DNA from: a virus
Lineage: Duplodnaviria > Caudoviricetes
Direction: 5' to 3' (one strand)
IMG/VR virus record: IMGVR_UViG_3300037183_000039
Location: 1-48,878 of that record
Length of the DNA: 48,878 nucleotides
The position numbers and the translations under genes are program-made. The notes beneath the pieces are model-generated. The model made no database searches. It was given only the letters and a program-made list of their open reading frames with translations, and had not been told where the DNA came from. Below are positions 18,708-28,772 of the stretch, piece by piece (position 1 is the first letter of the stretch; every line of letters begins with the position of its first letter).

Positions 18708-19504
18708 GTCAGCACCACTGAAATAGAGATGGGGGCCGAGTAGTTCTTGGCGGCGTAGTCCAGGTATTCCATGAAGACTGAATAACTGTACTGCCCGGCG
18801 CCCGGAGCGTCGGTCGCCGTCGTTCCGAAGGCGCCACCGATTACAGCAACTCCCGTGCCATCAGTCGGTATGGTGGGCGGAACGGTTCCCGTGGCCCTCC
18901 GGACGATGATCTTGCTGCTGGAGGCTACGATGGCGGGGTTGGTCCAGGAGAGGGCCACGGCACCCCCACCGGAGGGCACGGCGGCCACCGTCGTGGGCGT
19001 CTGGTATGTCGCCTCCCCCATGCAGATGAGCTGGAAAGCGAAGTCCTTCGTTGCGCGGTACCCACCTGCCGTCTCGTAGACGGTGGCCCGGTTGCCATTG
19101 GCGACGAGCTGCAGCTCCACGCCGTCGATAGTGTTGAGCTTCTGCAGGACCGCCATGACCTCCGGCTCTATCTCATCGAGTCCCCGGCCCTTGGAGGTCA
19201 GGTTGCCGCCGATCTTGTTGGACCCGATCAGGGCCGCCTCACCGATCGAATCCTGGTGAGCAACCCCAACCTTGACCACTACGGGTCCCATCATGAGGTT
19301 GGGCTCTTCCTGGTGGACCGGGTCCGACTGGAAGTCACCTGGGGTAATGAGAGCGAACGGAGTAGGCAGGGTTAGGAAGGCCTGACGGTCAGGATTGGCC
19401 GTGATCTTGACCGCGTTATAGGCGAACACCTTCTCCGTGCCGCCCGTCCAGACCCGGGCCATGAGCAGGGCCTTCATCTGCTGCAGGACTTGGTAAGTGT
19501 TCAC
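18704..19504 (-). CDS. putative tail terminator-like protein with C-terminal FN3/Ig-like domain
   Basis: C-term VALSWTNP...IIVRR...YSYSVF is FN3-like. Confidence 0.5.
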   Translation of the reverse strand: MNTYQVLQQMKALLMARVWTGGTEKVFAYNAVKITANPDRQAFLTLPTPFALITPGDFQSDPVHQEEPNLMMGPVVVKVGVAHQDSIGEAALIGSNKIGGNLTSKGRGLDEIEPEVMAVLQKLNTIDGVELQLVANGNRATVYETAGGYRATKDFAFQLICMGEATYQTPTTVAAVPSGGGAVALSWTNPAIVASSSKIIVRRATGTVPPTIPTDGTGVAVIGGAFGTTATDAPGAGQYSYSVFMEYLDYAAKNYSAPISISVVLT

Positions 19505-20061
19505 AACGTGAGTGCCCCCAACTTGCCGACGGCGACGGTGCGCCCGGTGGCGTCCGGCAGCGACCGGAACCGCATCTCGATGCCGACTTCTTCTTTGAGC
19601 TGGAGTTCAATGCCGGAGTCCGGTTCGATCATTGGGATGGCTTGGTAGAGTAGGACGCATGGGTGACGGTCGGTGTCCTTGGGAACGAACATGATCTTGA
19701 TGTTGAAAATGGAGGACATCAGGGTCCCGGCCCGGACGGCTCCGGCGCCGAATACTCCTTCCTCGAGCAGGATTCCGTAGGAACCGATGGTAGAGTCGAT
19801 GAACAAATACCGGAGCGCGTCAACGTCCAGTCCGCGGACTGTGCATTTGAGTTCCGTGGTGCCACCACAATAGATGCCCTCGATGGCGTTGGCATACTCC
19901 TCCGCGTCCGGGAAGTGGAACTCGTCGTTGAACCGGAGTTCGACGTCCCGGTGGATGCCGAGTTCCGTACCGCCGTACGGGTAAGGGAGCGCCAGATTCG
20001 TCGGGTTAACGATGACACGGCCCGGGATTCGGACGACGCGGGATAGATTGGGAGCAGCCAT
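19501..20061 (-). CDS. putative tail tube (major tail) protein
   Basis: 186 aa, PGRV...ELG..R.VEL pattern, downstream of neck genes. Confidence 0.55.
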   Translation of the reverse strand: MAAPNLSRVVRIPGRVIVNPTNLALPYPYGGTELGIHRDVELRFNDEFHFPDAEEYANAIEGIYCGGTTELKCTVRGLDVDALRYLFIDSTIGSYGILLEEGVFGAGAVRAGTLMSSIFNIKIMFVPKDTDRHPCVLLYQAIPMIEPDSGIELQLKEEVGIEMRFRSLPDATGRTVAVGKLGALTL

Positions 20062-20865
20062 TTACTCTACGTCTCCACCTGGAGTGCCGTTGACTTTCTT
20101 CTCGAACCAGTCAGTCACCGTCTGCAGGATCTTGGGCTTGTATTCGTCGGTGACCCCCAGGAACGGACGCTGGTTGACACGGGTCACGAGCATCCGGCGC
20201 CGGAAGATGATGCCCGCCAGCCAGCCGAACCGTTCCTTCCTGGTCAGGGCCCCGATGTACCCGGTCTTGGAGTCGTTCTTTACCGACCGGACGTCCGGCT
20301 CGTAGGTCCTGGTAGTCTTCTTCTCGTAATCAAACTTGCCGAAGATTCCAAGATCGACGTTGCCGCGCTTGGTAGTGGTCCGGCTCCGGGTCCAGTTGGG
20401 ACCGCCGCCGAACCATTCCTTCGCATTGTCCCGGACTTTGTCTGTGATGAACTCCTCCGACTGGCCGCCCCACTGGTGCTTGCCCGCGTTGGGGTCCGTG
20501 GTGCCGACCTCGACCACATGGACGCCCAGGAGATGGACAGACCGGGAGCGGTCCTTGAGGGTTTTTCTCAGCCACCCAGTGTCGAGCAGCGGCGGCCGGG
20601 CCCGGAATCGCCGGACCGGGGGCTCCTTGCCTTCCGCAAAGTCGTTGATGATCCCGGCCACGTTGACGAAGCGGTCACCCTCACCCTGGTTGGGGTAGCG
20701 CCTCGCCCACTGAAAGTCACCGAAGGAGGACTGGTCGAAGGCTTGGCCTGCCTGGGCGCACAGTAGCCCGCCGATCTGCTTCATGAGGCCGCCCGTCTGC
20801 TGGGCGACTCTTTGCAAGCGGACCCGGAGTCCCTTCAGGTACCTCCGCAAGATTTCAGGTTCCAA
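20062..20865 (-). CDS. virion morphogenesis / tail completion protein (Mu gpG / P2 gpS-like)
   Basis: LLDTGWLR, VEVGT...AGKHQWGG, QRPFLG; TTG start behind GGAGG. Confidence 0.8.
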   Translation of the reverse strand: MEPEILRRYLKGLRVRLQRVAQQTGGLMKQIGGLLCAQAGQAFDQSSFGDFQWARRYPNQGEGDRFVNVAGIINDFAEGKEPPVRRFRARPPLLDTGWLRKTLKDRSRSVHLLGVHVVEVGTTDPNAGKHQWGGQSEEFITDKVRDNAKEWFGGGPNWTRSRTTTKRGNVDLGIFGKFDYEKKTTRTYEPDVRSVKNDSKTGYIGALTRKERFGWLAGIIFRRRMLVTRVNQRPFLGVTDEYKPKILQTVTDWFEKKVNGTPGGDVE

Positions 20866-20875
20866 GATTCCTCCT

Positions 20876-21340
20876 TCACTGGTTCTCCGTGGGCAGGCCG
20901 GACGCGGTGGAACCACCGGGTGAGTTGGGGGTAAGGTGGTCGAACCGGGAACGGTCGAATTCAGGGTGGGAGCCGACCTCGTCGGCCGACGGGGTGGCGA
21001 CGGCGTCGGAGACGGGCTGAGTCTTCGTCCGGCCGCCCACCGACTGGCCCAGGGCCTCGAGCATCTCGATCCACTGCTTCCTGAGGTCGGAGGGGTCGGC
21101 GTTGAGTTGCCGCATCTGGAGCTTAAGGATCACACCTTCCACCCCGGTGGCGATGTGGTCGTCGTTCGTCTGGTCGAACACGGTGTTGGCGTGGACGTTG
21201 AAGTCCGAGATCACGTCCCGCACCGCGTTGGCCAGCCGGACCGTATCAACGGTAAGAGCGTTGGGCACGTCCGGATTGGTGAGCTGGGCGATTTTCTCAG
21301 CCGAGTACCGGGCCTGGACTTCCGTGGCAAGGTCGGCCAC
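20876..21340 (-). CDS. head-tail adaptor (Mu gp36/DUF1320-like)
   Basis: ARYSAEKIAQLT...D.VRLANA..D helical pattern and position. Confidence 0.65.
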   Translation of the reverse strand: MADLATEVQARYSAEKIAQLTNPDVPNALTVDTVRLANAVRDVISDFNVHANTVFDQTNDDHIATGVEGVILKLQMRQLNADPSDLRKQWIEMLEALGQSVGGRTKTQPVSDAVATPSADEVGSHPEFDRSRFDHLTPNSPGGSTASGLPTENQ

Positions 21341-21343
21341 GGA

Positions 21344-21697
21344 CTACACCCTCACCGGGGTGTCGGCCAGCAAGGTAAGGATGCGATCCGCGCCCTGGGC
21401 TGTCGGGGCGCCGGAAGTCCCGGACTGGATCTTGAGGAACTGGTACCGGGCCATGATACGCTTGAGGTCGTTGCGGAAGGCCGTCGTCTTGTTGGCCGTC
21501 GGGGCGGTGACCGTAACCTCGTTGCCCGCGTCGTCGATGAGGACTTGATAGGTCACGTTGTCCTGGGAAACCTGGAACGTGATCGACGCCGCCGTCCAGG
21601 CGGCAGGCATCTGGATGCCGACCAGCCGGGCGATGACGCCGAAATCAACGGCGCCGGAGAGCGACTGCCCGTTCAGGATCGTTACGGTCTTCTGCAT
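21344..21697 (-). CDS. conserved small phage virion-associated protein
   Basis: TILNGQSLSGAVD...GIQMPAAWTAASITFQVS motif. Confidence 0.7.
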   Translation of the reverse strand: MQKTVTILNGQSLSGAVDFGVIARLVGIQMPAAWTAASITFQVSQDNVTYQVLIDDAGNEVTVTAPTANKTTAFRNDLKRIMARYQFLKIQSGTSGAPTAQGADRILTLLADTPVRV

Positions 21698-21707
21698 AAA
21701 GTCCTCT

Positions 21708-23324
21708 TTAGGGGTCCGTCCAGGTGACTCCGGCCGGGGCGACGGCGCCGAGCGAACCATCGGCCACGTTGTCCTGGAAGGTCGTGGTGACGTTATCCGC
21801 GATGGTGCCCACCAGCTTAGGGCTCCCGGCGTCGGCCGTGATCGTCCGGTAGACCTTGCGGGAGACGGTTCCGGCCGGTCCGAGCGGGATGCCGGTCAGG
21901 TTGACCTTACCGTCAACCGCGTTGTTGGCGACGTTGAGTACGTTCGACTTCGGTCCCACTGCCGACTCGCCGACCCCGGTCGGGCCGGTGCAAGTGATGT
22001 ACCAGGAGTGGGTACCGTTGGTGACGTTACCTGCCCCGGCTCCGGCCAGGGCTGCCGTGCAAGCCACCGTCGGGGCCGCCACCGCACTCGGCAAGTACAT
22101 ACCGTAAGTGCGCCACCCGATCCACTGCTGGATCACGGCGTCCGAGCCGTACAAGGCGTCGACGTACTGGTACTTGTCGTACCTGAGCCACTTGGTCCGA
22201 CCGCCGACCATGGCGATGAACGTTCCATCAAGGAAAGACATTGGGGCCAGGATGATGTCATCGACCAGGACGTACCCGGTCGTCCGACCTGCCAGTTGGA
22301 CCGAGACCAGGAAGGTCGACTGGTCGAAATTCTTAAACCAGTTCCCGGTACCGAGAGGAATCCTGAGAATCTGCCAGCCGACCTGGGCCGCCAGGACGAC
22401 GGAGACCGTCTGGGCGCCGACCCGGAAGGTGAGGGTACCGTCACCCAGGCCGACCTCACGGTTCCAAGCAACCTGAGCATAGTACGGGATTGAAGGTGTG
22501 AAGTTGGCCCGGCGGGTCGTCACGTCCTGTTGGATGGTGTCGTTGCCCTTGATCTTCAGGGCGGCCGGGGTGACCGCTCCCTCGAAATCACGGTAGTAGT
22601 TGGTCGTGTCGACTTCGAAATTGGCCGCCGACGCGTAGGTCCAGTCCGTGATCGGGTCCGGGGAAGCAATCGAAGTCCCGCCGTAATTGTCGAACGACGG
22701 GTTGCTGAGGAGCTGTTGGGAGTCCCGGGCCGACAAGCCACGCAGACTGGTGTAAACGTTTGAACCCGTGATCTTGAGCAGGTCCCGTTCTGCCGCCTGA
22801 CCACGGACTTCAAACTGTTCCTCGTGCTTGTTCGCGCCGGAATGCTCGTCGTACAGACACCGGAAGATCTTGGTGTCGGTGTTGCACGATTCACAGGCGA
22901 AGCCGTTCTCGTCAACCGTCAAACGGTTGATGACGCCGTCGCCGACCGACGAGACCGCCCCGGCGGCCCCGAAGTTGATCATCCTGGACTGAACCCGGAA
23001 GGTGGAGTCGATGTAATACTGGTAAAGGCGCCGGAAGATGAGGGCCCCGACGGTCTCCGGGACGTTGATCACCTGAGCGTAATCCCTCATCAGAGGCTCT
23101 ACTACGGAGGCAAGGCGCAGCACGAATGTGTTGAGATCACCACGTGCCACACCGAGAGCGACGGAGAAAGCATCGTAGAACTGGGACTTGAGTTCCTGAA
23201 TGACCGTCTGCTCACGGGTCAGGTAAGGAGTGGCCGTGACGCCTACGTATTTACGGAACTCCTCCCAGATCTTAACCGTGTCCGAAAGTTGCTGCTTGGC
23301 CTGCGCCTCTGTCGGGGTTGCCAC
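21708..23324 (-). CDS. large virion protein with C-terminal Ig-like domain
   Basis: 538 aa between capsid and adaptor; GES...VNLTGIP.GP...RKVYRT...TTFQDN. Confidence 0.65.
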   Translation of the reverse strand: MATPTEAQAKQQLSDTVKIWEEFRKYVGVTATPYLTREQTVIQELKSQFYDAFSVALGVARGDLNTFVLRLASVVEPLMRDYAQVINVPETVGALIFRRLYQYYIDSTFRVQSRMINFGAAGAVSSVGDGVINRLTVDENGFACESCNTDTKIFRCLYDEHSGANKHEEQFEVRGQAAERDLLKITGSNVYTSLRGLSARDSQQLLSNPSFDNYGGTSIASPDPITDWTYASAANFEVDTTNYYRDFEGAVTPAALKIKGNDTIQQDVTTRRANFTPSIPYYAQVAWNREVGLGDGTLTFRVGAQTVSVVLAAQVGWQILRIPLGTGNWFKNFDQSTFLVSVQLAGRTTGYVLVDDIILAPMSFLDGTFIAMVGGRTKWLRYDKYQYVDALYGSDAVIQQWIGWRTYGMYLPSAVAAPTVACTAALAGAGAGNVTNGTHSWYITCTGPTGVGESAVGPKSNVLNVANNAVDGKVNLTGIPLGPAGTVSRKVYRTITADAGSPKLVGTIADNVTTTFQDNVADGSLGAVAPAGVTWTDP

Positions 23325-23339
23325 TTAGTTTACCCCTCC

Positions 23340-23843
23340 TTAGACCATCGTCGGGGCCATCTGCCTCGAACGGTCGAAAGGCTTGCCTTCCTCGACGATG
23401 ACCATGTACAGACACTTGCCGACGGGCTTGTCCGACGGGTCGTGCCAGTAGTCGTCCTTGGTCACGTCGTACACCGTGACCCGGCCGCCTTCCATCCGGA
23501 AGACGAGCTTGGCCACGCACTCCATGACCTCCCGGACCCGCATCTTGGTGAGCTGGTGGTAGTTGCCGTCCTCGGGAACCACCTGATCCGGGGAGCCGTG
23601 GGCTCCGGGGCGGATCTTGTAGACCTCCCGGGCAAAGCAGATGCCGCCGACTCCGAAATTTTCGAAGGGACAGTCCGGCTTGGAGCCGTACCAGACCCAG
23701 ACGCGACCCAGCTCTTCCTGCTTGGCCTCGACGGCTGGGCGGACGGGTTTAACCTTGAGCGGACCGACGTCGACGGCCAGGAGCTTCTCGGCTTCCGGCT
23801 TGACTTCGGGCTTGGTGGGAGCTGCGGATTTGGGGTCGGCCAT
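23340..23843 (-). CDS. hypothetical protein
   Basis: SD AAGGAGG, immediately after the major capsid gene. Confidence 0.7.
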   Translation of the reverse strand: MADPKSAAPTKPEVKPEAEKLLAVDVGPLKVKPVRPAVEAKQEELGRVWVWYGSKPDCPFENFGVGGICFAREVYKIRPGAHGSPDQVVPEDGNYHQLTKMRVREVMECVAKLVFRMEGGRVTVYDVTKDDYWHDPSDKPVGKCLYMVIVEEGKPFDRSRQMAPTMV

Positions 23844-23917
23844 GATTCGTTCCTCCTTCTACGGGAGCCGTCAGGCCGGAGACTGTAGCGCCTCCGGCCC
23901 GGCCCCTCGGCTGTCGC

Positions 23918-24910
23918 TTAGGTGATCTGGACCGCCCCGTAGGCGGGGCCGACGGCGGCCGAACCACGGGACTTCCACTGGACGTATTCCGCGCCCGTGT
24001 CGCGGGACAGGTCCGAGTTGTCCTCGGTGGCGTAGACCTCGTAGATGCCCTCACGGGTCTGCGAGAAGATCGGTTTCTTCTTGGCCCCGTTGGCGATCAC
24101 GTACCACGTGTTGCCCGTGAGGCGCTGGGTCGGCCAGAGCGTGACCTTGAGACCGGCGTCGAAGATGACGTTGCTGACCCCGGCGTTCGAGGTCGCGGTC
24201 GTCGCCGCCTGGGCGTTCTGCTTCTGGTTGAACGCTTCGGCGTAGGCCATCAGGTTGACGGCCGGGTAGATGACCGTGAAACCCTCATCGATCACGGACT
24301 CATCCCAGAGGGGCTGACCTTCCGTGTCCTGGAAGCGCTTGAACAGGGCCACCGCCTTGAAGAAGTCCGTGCGGATGGCCGCGCCCGTGCTGACGCCGCC
24401 GTTGGCGAACAGGTTTCCGCCCGAGACGCCGAAGCGGTTGCCGCCGTCGCCGTCCGTCGCATTGAAGAGGGCCGCGCCGTCCGGCGCGATGGGGATCACC
24501 GGCAGGAGCTTGGGGTCCGTGGCTCCCGTGAGGATCTGGAAGAACAGGCGCTCTTCCAGGGTCGCCCAGTGCTCACCCGCCGACCGCGCCTGATCGGGCA
24601 GCGTCTTGGTCTGCTCGTCCTTGCGGTCGTTGATGTGCCACTCGACGCGGCGCATCCAGTCGTAGTTCGTCACGCTGAACGAACGGGACTTGAAGTTCTT
24701 GCTGGGCGGGTTCTGGCCCATCGGGACGCGCTCCGGGTAAGGAGCAGTCTCGTAGTAGCCGTAGAACTCGATGCGGCGGTCGGACGGGATGCCGAGGTCC
24801 ATGACCCGGCCGAGACGACCCCGCATGGCGTCGTAGCTGATGCGGTACGAATCCGCGAAATTCGTCCGCAGGAAGGTCACGAGCTGTGACCCGGTGATGA
24901 CAGGGTTCAT
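23918..24910 (-). CDS. major capsid protein (Mu gpT-like)
   Basis: PSD...EFYG...P, VTN.DW...V....D..D, LFFQIL....PDGAALF, KPIFSQ.RE; strongly biased codons. Confidence 0.85.
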   Translation of the reverse strand: MNPVITGSQLVTFLRTNFADSYRISYDAMRGRLGRVMDLGIPSDRRIEFYGYYETAPYPERVPMGQNPPSKNFKSRSFSVTNYDWMRRVEWHINDRKDEQTKTLPDQARSAGEHWATLEERLFFQILTGATDPKLLPVIPIAPDGAALFNATDGDGGNRFGVSGGNLFANGGVSTGAAIRTDFFKAVALFKRFQDTEGQPLWDESVIDEGFTVIYPAVNLMAYAEAFNQKQNAQAATTATSNAGVSNVIFDAGLKVTLWPTQRLTGNTWYVIANGAKKKPIFSQTREGIYEVYATEDNSDLSRDTGAEYVQWKSRGSAAVGPAYGAVQIT

Positions 24911-24947
24911 GGTTCAGCCTCCGTAAAGGTTTCTATCAAGTCCGGCT

Positions 24948-25811
24948 TTAGACGCCGGGCAGCGAGACGTATTCGGCGTACAGGTCGTAGAGCCCGGCCG
25001 TGAAGGCGACGACACCCGAGATCACGAACCGCAGGGTGTCGCCGTCATGGAAGACATCGAGCGGCGAGAACGCCGTCAAGGCGGTGCCCGTCTTCTGCTG
25101 GTAGAGCGTGTCGGCCAGGAGCAGGGTGATCACACCCGCCGAGCAGTTGACGCCGTTGATCTGGGGGGTCAGGGTCGCCGTGGCGCCCGCGCCCGTGTTC
25201 ACCTTCTTGTTGACCGCGTAGATGGTCTTGAGGCGACCGTGGGCGGTCATCGCCAGGGAGTTCATGTTGCCGTTCGCCAGGGAGATGGAGTCCAGGACTC
25301 CCAGGTACATCAGGTTGTGGCCGGAGCCCGCCAGGGCCATGGCCAGCAGGGTCTCGACCGAGAAGGACATGACGTCGGCGGTCGTCGCGGAGGTCGACCG
25401 GACGATGATGCCCATGGGGATTCCGCGCGTGGGCCGGGTGAGGGTCCACGTGTTGTCGTCGGACATGTAGACCTCGCGGCCCACGTCCGTCTGGTCGCCC
25501 GTCAGGCCCGTGACGGTGACGGCTTCCCAGAAGCGGGAACCCTGGTAGACCTCGCCTTCCGGGATCTGGACGCCGGAGCCGGGCGACGTGTTGCCCAGGA
25601 CGGAGGCGAAGATCTTCCAGCCGAACGGAACTTCGCCCGCCACCGCCGCGTACGCCTTGAGGCGTCCACGGTTGGCCGCCGTGGCGTGGTCGAAGCCGCA
25701 GAGCGCGGCCTGGGAGCCGGAGAAGATGGTCTGCCCGTTGACCACCTGGACCTGGGACTTGGGATAGGTGGCGGGACGGACTTCCACCTTCGAATCAACG
25801 GTTGCGGCCAT
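24948..25811 (-). CDS. head decoration / cement protein
   Basis: upstream of MCP; TDVGREVYMSDDNTWTLT...MG motif; extra C-terminal domain. Confidence 0.65.
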   Translation of the reverse strand: MAATVDSKVEVRPATYPKSQVQVVNGQTIFSGSQAALCGFDHATAANRGRLKAYAAVAGEVPFGWKIFASVLGNTSPGSGVQIPEGEVYQGSRFWEAVTVTGLTGDQTDVGREVYMSDDNTWTLTRPTRGIPMGIIVRSTSATTADVMSFSVETLLAMALAGSGHNLMYLGVLDSISLANGNMNSLAMTAHGRLKTIYAVNKKVNTGAGATATLTPQINGVNCSAGVITLLLADTLYQQKTGTALTAFSPLDVFHDGDTLRFVISGVVAFTAGLYDLYAEYVSLPGV

Positions 25812-25852
25812 GATCTCCTCCGAGTTTTCAGTTCAAAAAGTCGTCTTCGGTA

Positions 25853-27217
25853 CTACCGACGCTTCTCCTGCATGGGAGGAAGCGCCATGTTGATCTCGAG
25901 GTACCGCTCGAGGCTCATGCTCGTGGGGACGTGTCCGGTCTTCGAGGCCAGATCGAACTCGGCCGCGATCTTCCGGGCACGGGCGTGGACGTCGGCGCCC
26001 TTGGCCGCGAACTTCGCGACCGCGTCCGACTCCTGGGCGGCGGGGATCGACTCGCGACGGCCGAAGGCGGGTTCCTCGCCCTCCTCGCCGGGGACCTCGT
26101 CGGGCGGGACGTTCTTCAAATAGACCTTGACGAAGTTCGCCGTGGTCTTGCCCGTCAGGTCCGCGACGGCGGTCTCCTGGATGTGGGCCTTCGTCTCGGC
26201 CGACAGGTAGCGACCCTTGAGCGCGTCCATCGACTTGTCGACGATGGACTTGATCTTGTCCTTGCGCTCCCGGTTCTCGTCCTTGCGCTTGAGCGTGTCG
26301 ACCGTCGCCGAGAGCTTGGCGATCTTGTCGTCCTTCTCGCCGTCGTCGCCCTGCTCGACGGGCTTCCGGGAGATGGTCTCCTCGTCCTCGTCGGCGATCT
26401 CTTCCTCGGCTTCCTGCTCGTCAGCCTCCTCGGCTTCCGGCTTCACGCCCAGGTGGGCGCTCAGATCGGCCTTGAACTTGGCGACGGCGGCCTCGTCCTT
26501 CTCGTCGACCCCGGCGGCCTTCATCGCGGCCTTCAGGTGGGCGTCGAAGCCCTTGACTTCTTCCTTGGGCTCCTGGGTGGGGGCCTTCTTCGTGATCTTC
26601 TTGGACATGGGTCCTCCGAGGTTGAAAAGGATGAAAGCGCCTTCCCCGGCTCTCGCCATGGCGTAGGCGCTGGACTCGTCGGCGTGAAGGAGTTCGACCG
26701 CTTTGGAAGCCCTGATCTTCTTCCCGGTCGTCAGCATCGGCAGGCTGAAGAACGGGGCCTTGTCCGGCATGAGGGCCAGCGAGGCGATCTCGGGCTCGTC
26801 CCAGGACGCGACCTCGACCGACACGTAAGGCAGTTCTGCCCGGTCGATCCGTTCGAAGATGGCGTTGGGGATTCTCAGTAGGTCGGCGTAGAGGCAGGAC
26901 TGTTCGCGCCCATCACAGGTGACGGTGCCCACCCGCCGGAGCCGGAGGAACCCGGCCCGCTTGGTCTCCACGCCCTTGTCGTGATGGTGGACGTGAGTCG
27001 GCGCCCAGTGGCCTTCCGATTCCCGGAGTTCGGCTTTCGCCAGGGCCGCCTTGTGCCACTCGGCACCCAGGTCGAACGGGACGCCCTTCTCACCTTCGGA
27101 CAGCTCCCCCATAATGGGAACGTCCAGCATGTTCCAGGTGCCGTCCCCGTTGTCCTGGCAGGTGTGGTGACCGCCAGGGACGTCGTCGAGCGTGATGGGC
27201 TTCTTCGCCTTGTTCAT
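25853..27217 (-). CDS. capsid maturation protease + scaffold (Mu gpI-like)
   Basis: HHH...AGF, LPYVSVE, SLAL...APFF protease part, then acidic coiled-coil scaffold with possible internal start at MSKK. Confidence 0.75.
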   Translation of the reverse strand: MNKAKKPITLDDVPGGHHTCQDNGDGTWNMLDVPIMGELSEGEKGVPFDLGAEWHKAALAKAELRESEGHWAPTHVHHHDKGVETKRAGFLRLRRVGTVTCDGREQSCLYADLLRIPNAIFERIDRAELPYVSVEVASWDEPEIASLALMPDKAPFFSLPMLTTGKKIRASKAVELLHADESSAYAMARAGEGAFILFNLGGPMSKKITKKAPTQEPKEEVKGFDAHLKAAMKAAGVDEKDEAAVAKFKADLSAHLGVKPEAEEADEQEAEEEIADEDEETISRKPVEQGDDGEKDDKIAKLSATVDTLKRKDENRERKDKIKSIVDKSMDALKGRYLSAETKAHIQETAVADLTGKTTANFVKVYLKNVPPDEVPGEEGEEPAFGRRESIPAAQESDAVAKFAAKGADVHARARKIAAEFDLASKTGHVPTSMSLERYLEINMALPPMQEKRR

Positions 27218-27222
27218 TCAGA

Positions 27223-27243
27223 CCCGAGTATATCACACTCGGG
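27223..27243 (-). promoter_or_regulatory. extended -10 promoter embedded in a 7-bp inverted repeat
   Basis: CCCGAGT-gtgatat-ACTCGGG containing TGaTATACT 9 nt before the protease ATG; no SD. Confidence 0.55.
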
Positions 27244-27280
27244 CCCGAAGGCCGAATAACCCTACAGAACGCTACAGAAC

Positions 27281-27538
27281 TCAGATAGCCGAGGATCGTT
27301 TCGGCGGAGTCTTGGCCGGAACCCTTTCCATAGCCGGGTAAATATCACGGACGACTTGCCGGACGGGGGGCGGCGGCGACACCGACGTGAGCCCGGCGCG
27401 GATGGCGAACTGGGTCGCCGCCCTGATGAACTTGGACTTATGGCAGCCGAGCTGCCTGATGTACAGCTCCAGCTCCTCATTCTCATCTTCCGTGAAATCG
27501 ACGGTGGCCCGGCGGTACTTACCCTTGGTGATAGGCAT
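27281..27538 (-). CDS. ribbon-helix-helix (CopG/Arc-like) regulator
   Basis: RATVDF beta strand, ENEELELYIRQLG helix, KSKFIRAA helix. Confidence 0.65.
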   Translation of the reverse strand: MPITKGKYRRATVDFTEDENEELELYIRQLGCHKSKFIRAATQFAIRAGLTSVSPPPPVRQVVRDIYPAMERVPAKTPPKRSSAI

Positions 27539-27549
27539 GATTCCTCCTC

Positions 27550-28458
27550 CTATTTGAATGCGTACGTGCTTCTCTGGTCCGGCCTCCCTGACTGGAAGCC
27601 AGGGTCGGGGTGGGCTTCTGAATAACTGTACGGCAGGTACCGGATGACCTGCCCGTTCTTATCCAGGAGGCCGTGCTTCTGGAGTTCAAAGCGATCCTTC
27701 AGTACCAAGTCACAACGACAGTTGAACCCGAGCGGTGGGCTGAGACGCTGCCAGATCGGGTCATCCACGGCGGCGATAAGACCGTGTGCAGCGGCGTGGT
27801 TCGGTCGTACGTCGGCATCGCGAACGGCTGAGAATTGCAGACCCGGAATTGTGTGCTTGACATCTGGGTCTGAAAGTTGTTTAAATCTACCTGCCGAATA
27901 ACACGTGGCTCCAGTAGTCCGGAAGACGTTTTCGGCGTAGGAACGGGTCCACTGTGCACCGCTGATATCCTTAATAATATTCGTGCCGAGTTCGACACTG
28001 TTGTACTCTGGGTGTGCCATGATTCGGCCCATGGTGTCCCGGACTTTCTTCGCGATCTCTACCGAGCAGGACTTCCCGAGCTGGAAGCCGTTGTCTCTCC
28101 ACGTGGTAGCGATCTCAGCCCTGGTAATTCCGGCCGCCGTCGCATGGGGTTCCCGGTCGTAGAGCGCGTCGAGGGCCTCCTGGAAAACGACCTTGGGCAC
28201 GTCGCCCTTCGGCTGGACCTTCATGTGCTGTGGGGGCGTCCATCCACGGATGCTGGCCTCGTGTAAAGTGCGGACCCGACCGGCGAGATCGGCGACTGCC
28301 ATCATACCACCCAGGACGAGAGAGAGTCGCTCGTAGGCTTTCACCAAGTCCCCGGCCTTGCCTGAGGCGACGGCCAGGGCGTACATTTCGACGGCTTCCT
28401 CACCCTCTGGGGTCAGGTCGTCCAGCAGTCGCAGGAAGTCGTCGAAGCGTTTACTCAT
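27550..28458 (-). CDS. head morphogenesis protein (Mu gpF / SPP1 gp7)
   Basis: FRT....YSAGR, SAVRD..VRPNH...HG....DDPIW....PPLGFNCRC. Confidence 0.9.
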   Translation of the reverse strand: MSKRFDDFLRLLDDLTPEGEEAVEMYALAVASGKAGDLVKAYERLSLVLGGMMAVADLAGRVRTLHEASIRGWTPPQHMKVQPKGDVPKVVFQEALDALYDREPHATAAGITRAEIATTWRDNGFQLGKSCSVEIAKKVRDTMGRIMAHPEYNSVELGTNIIKDISGAQWTRSYAENVFRTTGATCYSAGRFKQLSDPDVKHTIPGLQFSAVRDADVRPNHAAAHGLIAAVDDPIWQRLSPPLGFNCRCDLVLKDRFELQKHGLLDKNGQVIRYLPYSYSEAHPDPGFQSGRPDQRSTYAFK

Positions 28459-28762
28459 CGTTCCTCTGATTGTAAATGTTCCTGGAGGGAATCTCTCCCT
28501 TAGGCGTCCTGATGGCTTCCAGGTTGATCCTAGTGCCGAACTCACGCTCGACCCGGGCCGCCTCCTCCTTTGCCTTGTCCAGACCTTCAGGCGGCGGAAT
28601 TTTGAATGGCAAGTGGCCGGTCTCCTTCCGACACTTGTTGCACCAAGCAAGGCCGACCAGGGCCCACTCACCCGGCATGTCCTCCTTGGCCGTGAACTTC
28701 CACGAATGACGGCACCAAAGGCGCTCCCACCAGACCCGAACGACCGCCCACCAAAACCTCAT
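28451..28762 (-). CDS. hypothetical protein
   Basis: SD AAGGAGG; CRHSW and CNKC motifs. Confidence 0.6.
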   Translation of the reverse strand: MRFWWAVVRVWWERLWCRHSWKFTAKEDMPGEWALVGLAWCNKCRKETGHLPFKIPPPEGLDKAKEEAARVEREFGTRINLEAIRTPKGEIPSRNIYNQRNDE

Positions 28763-28772
28763 AATTCCTCCT

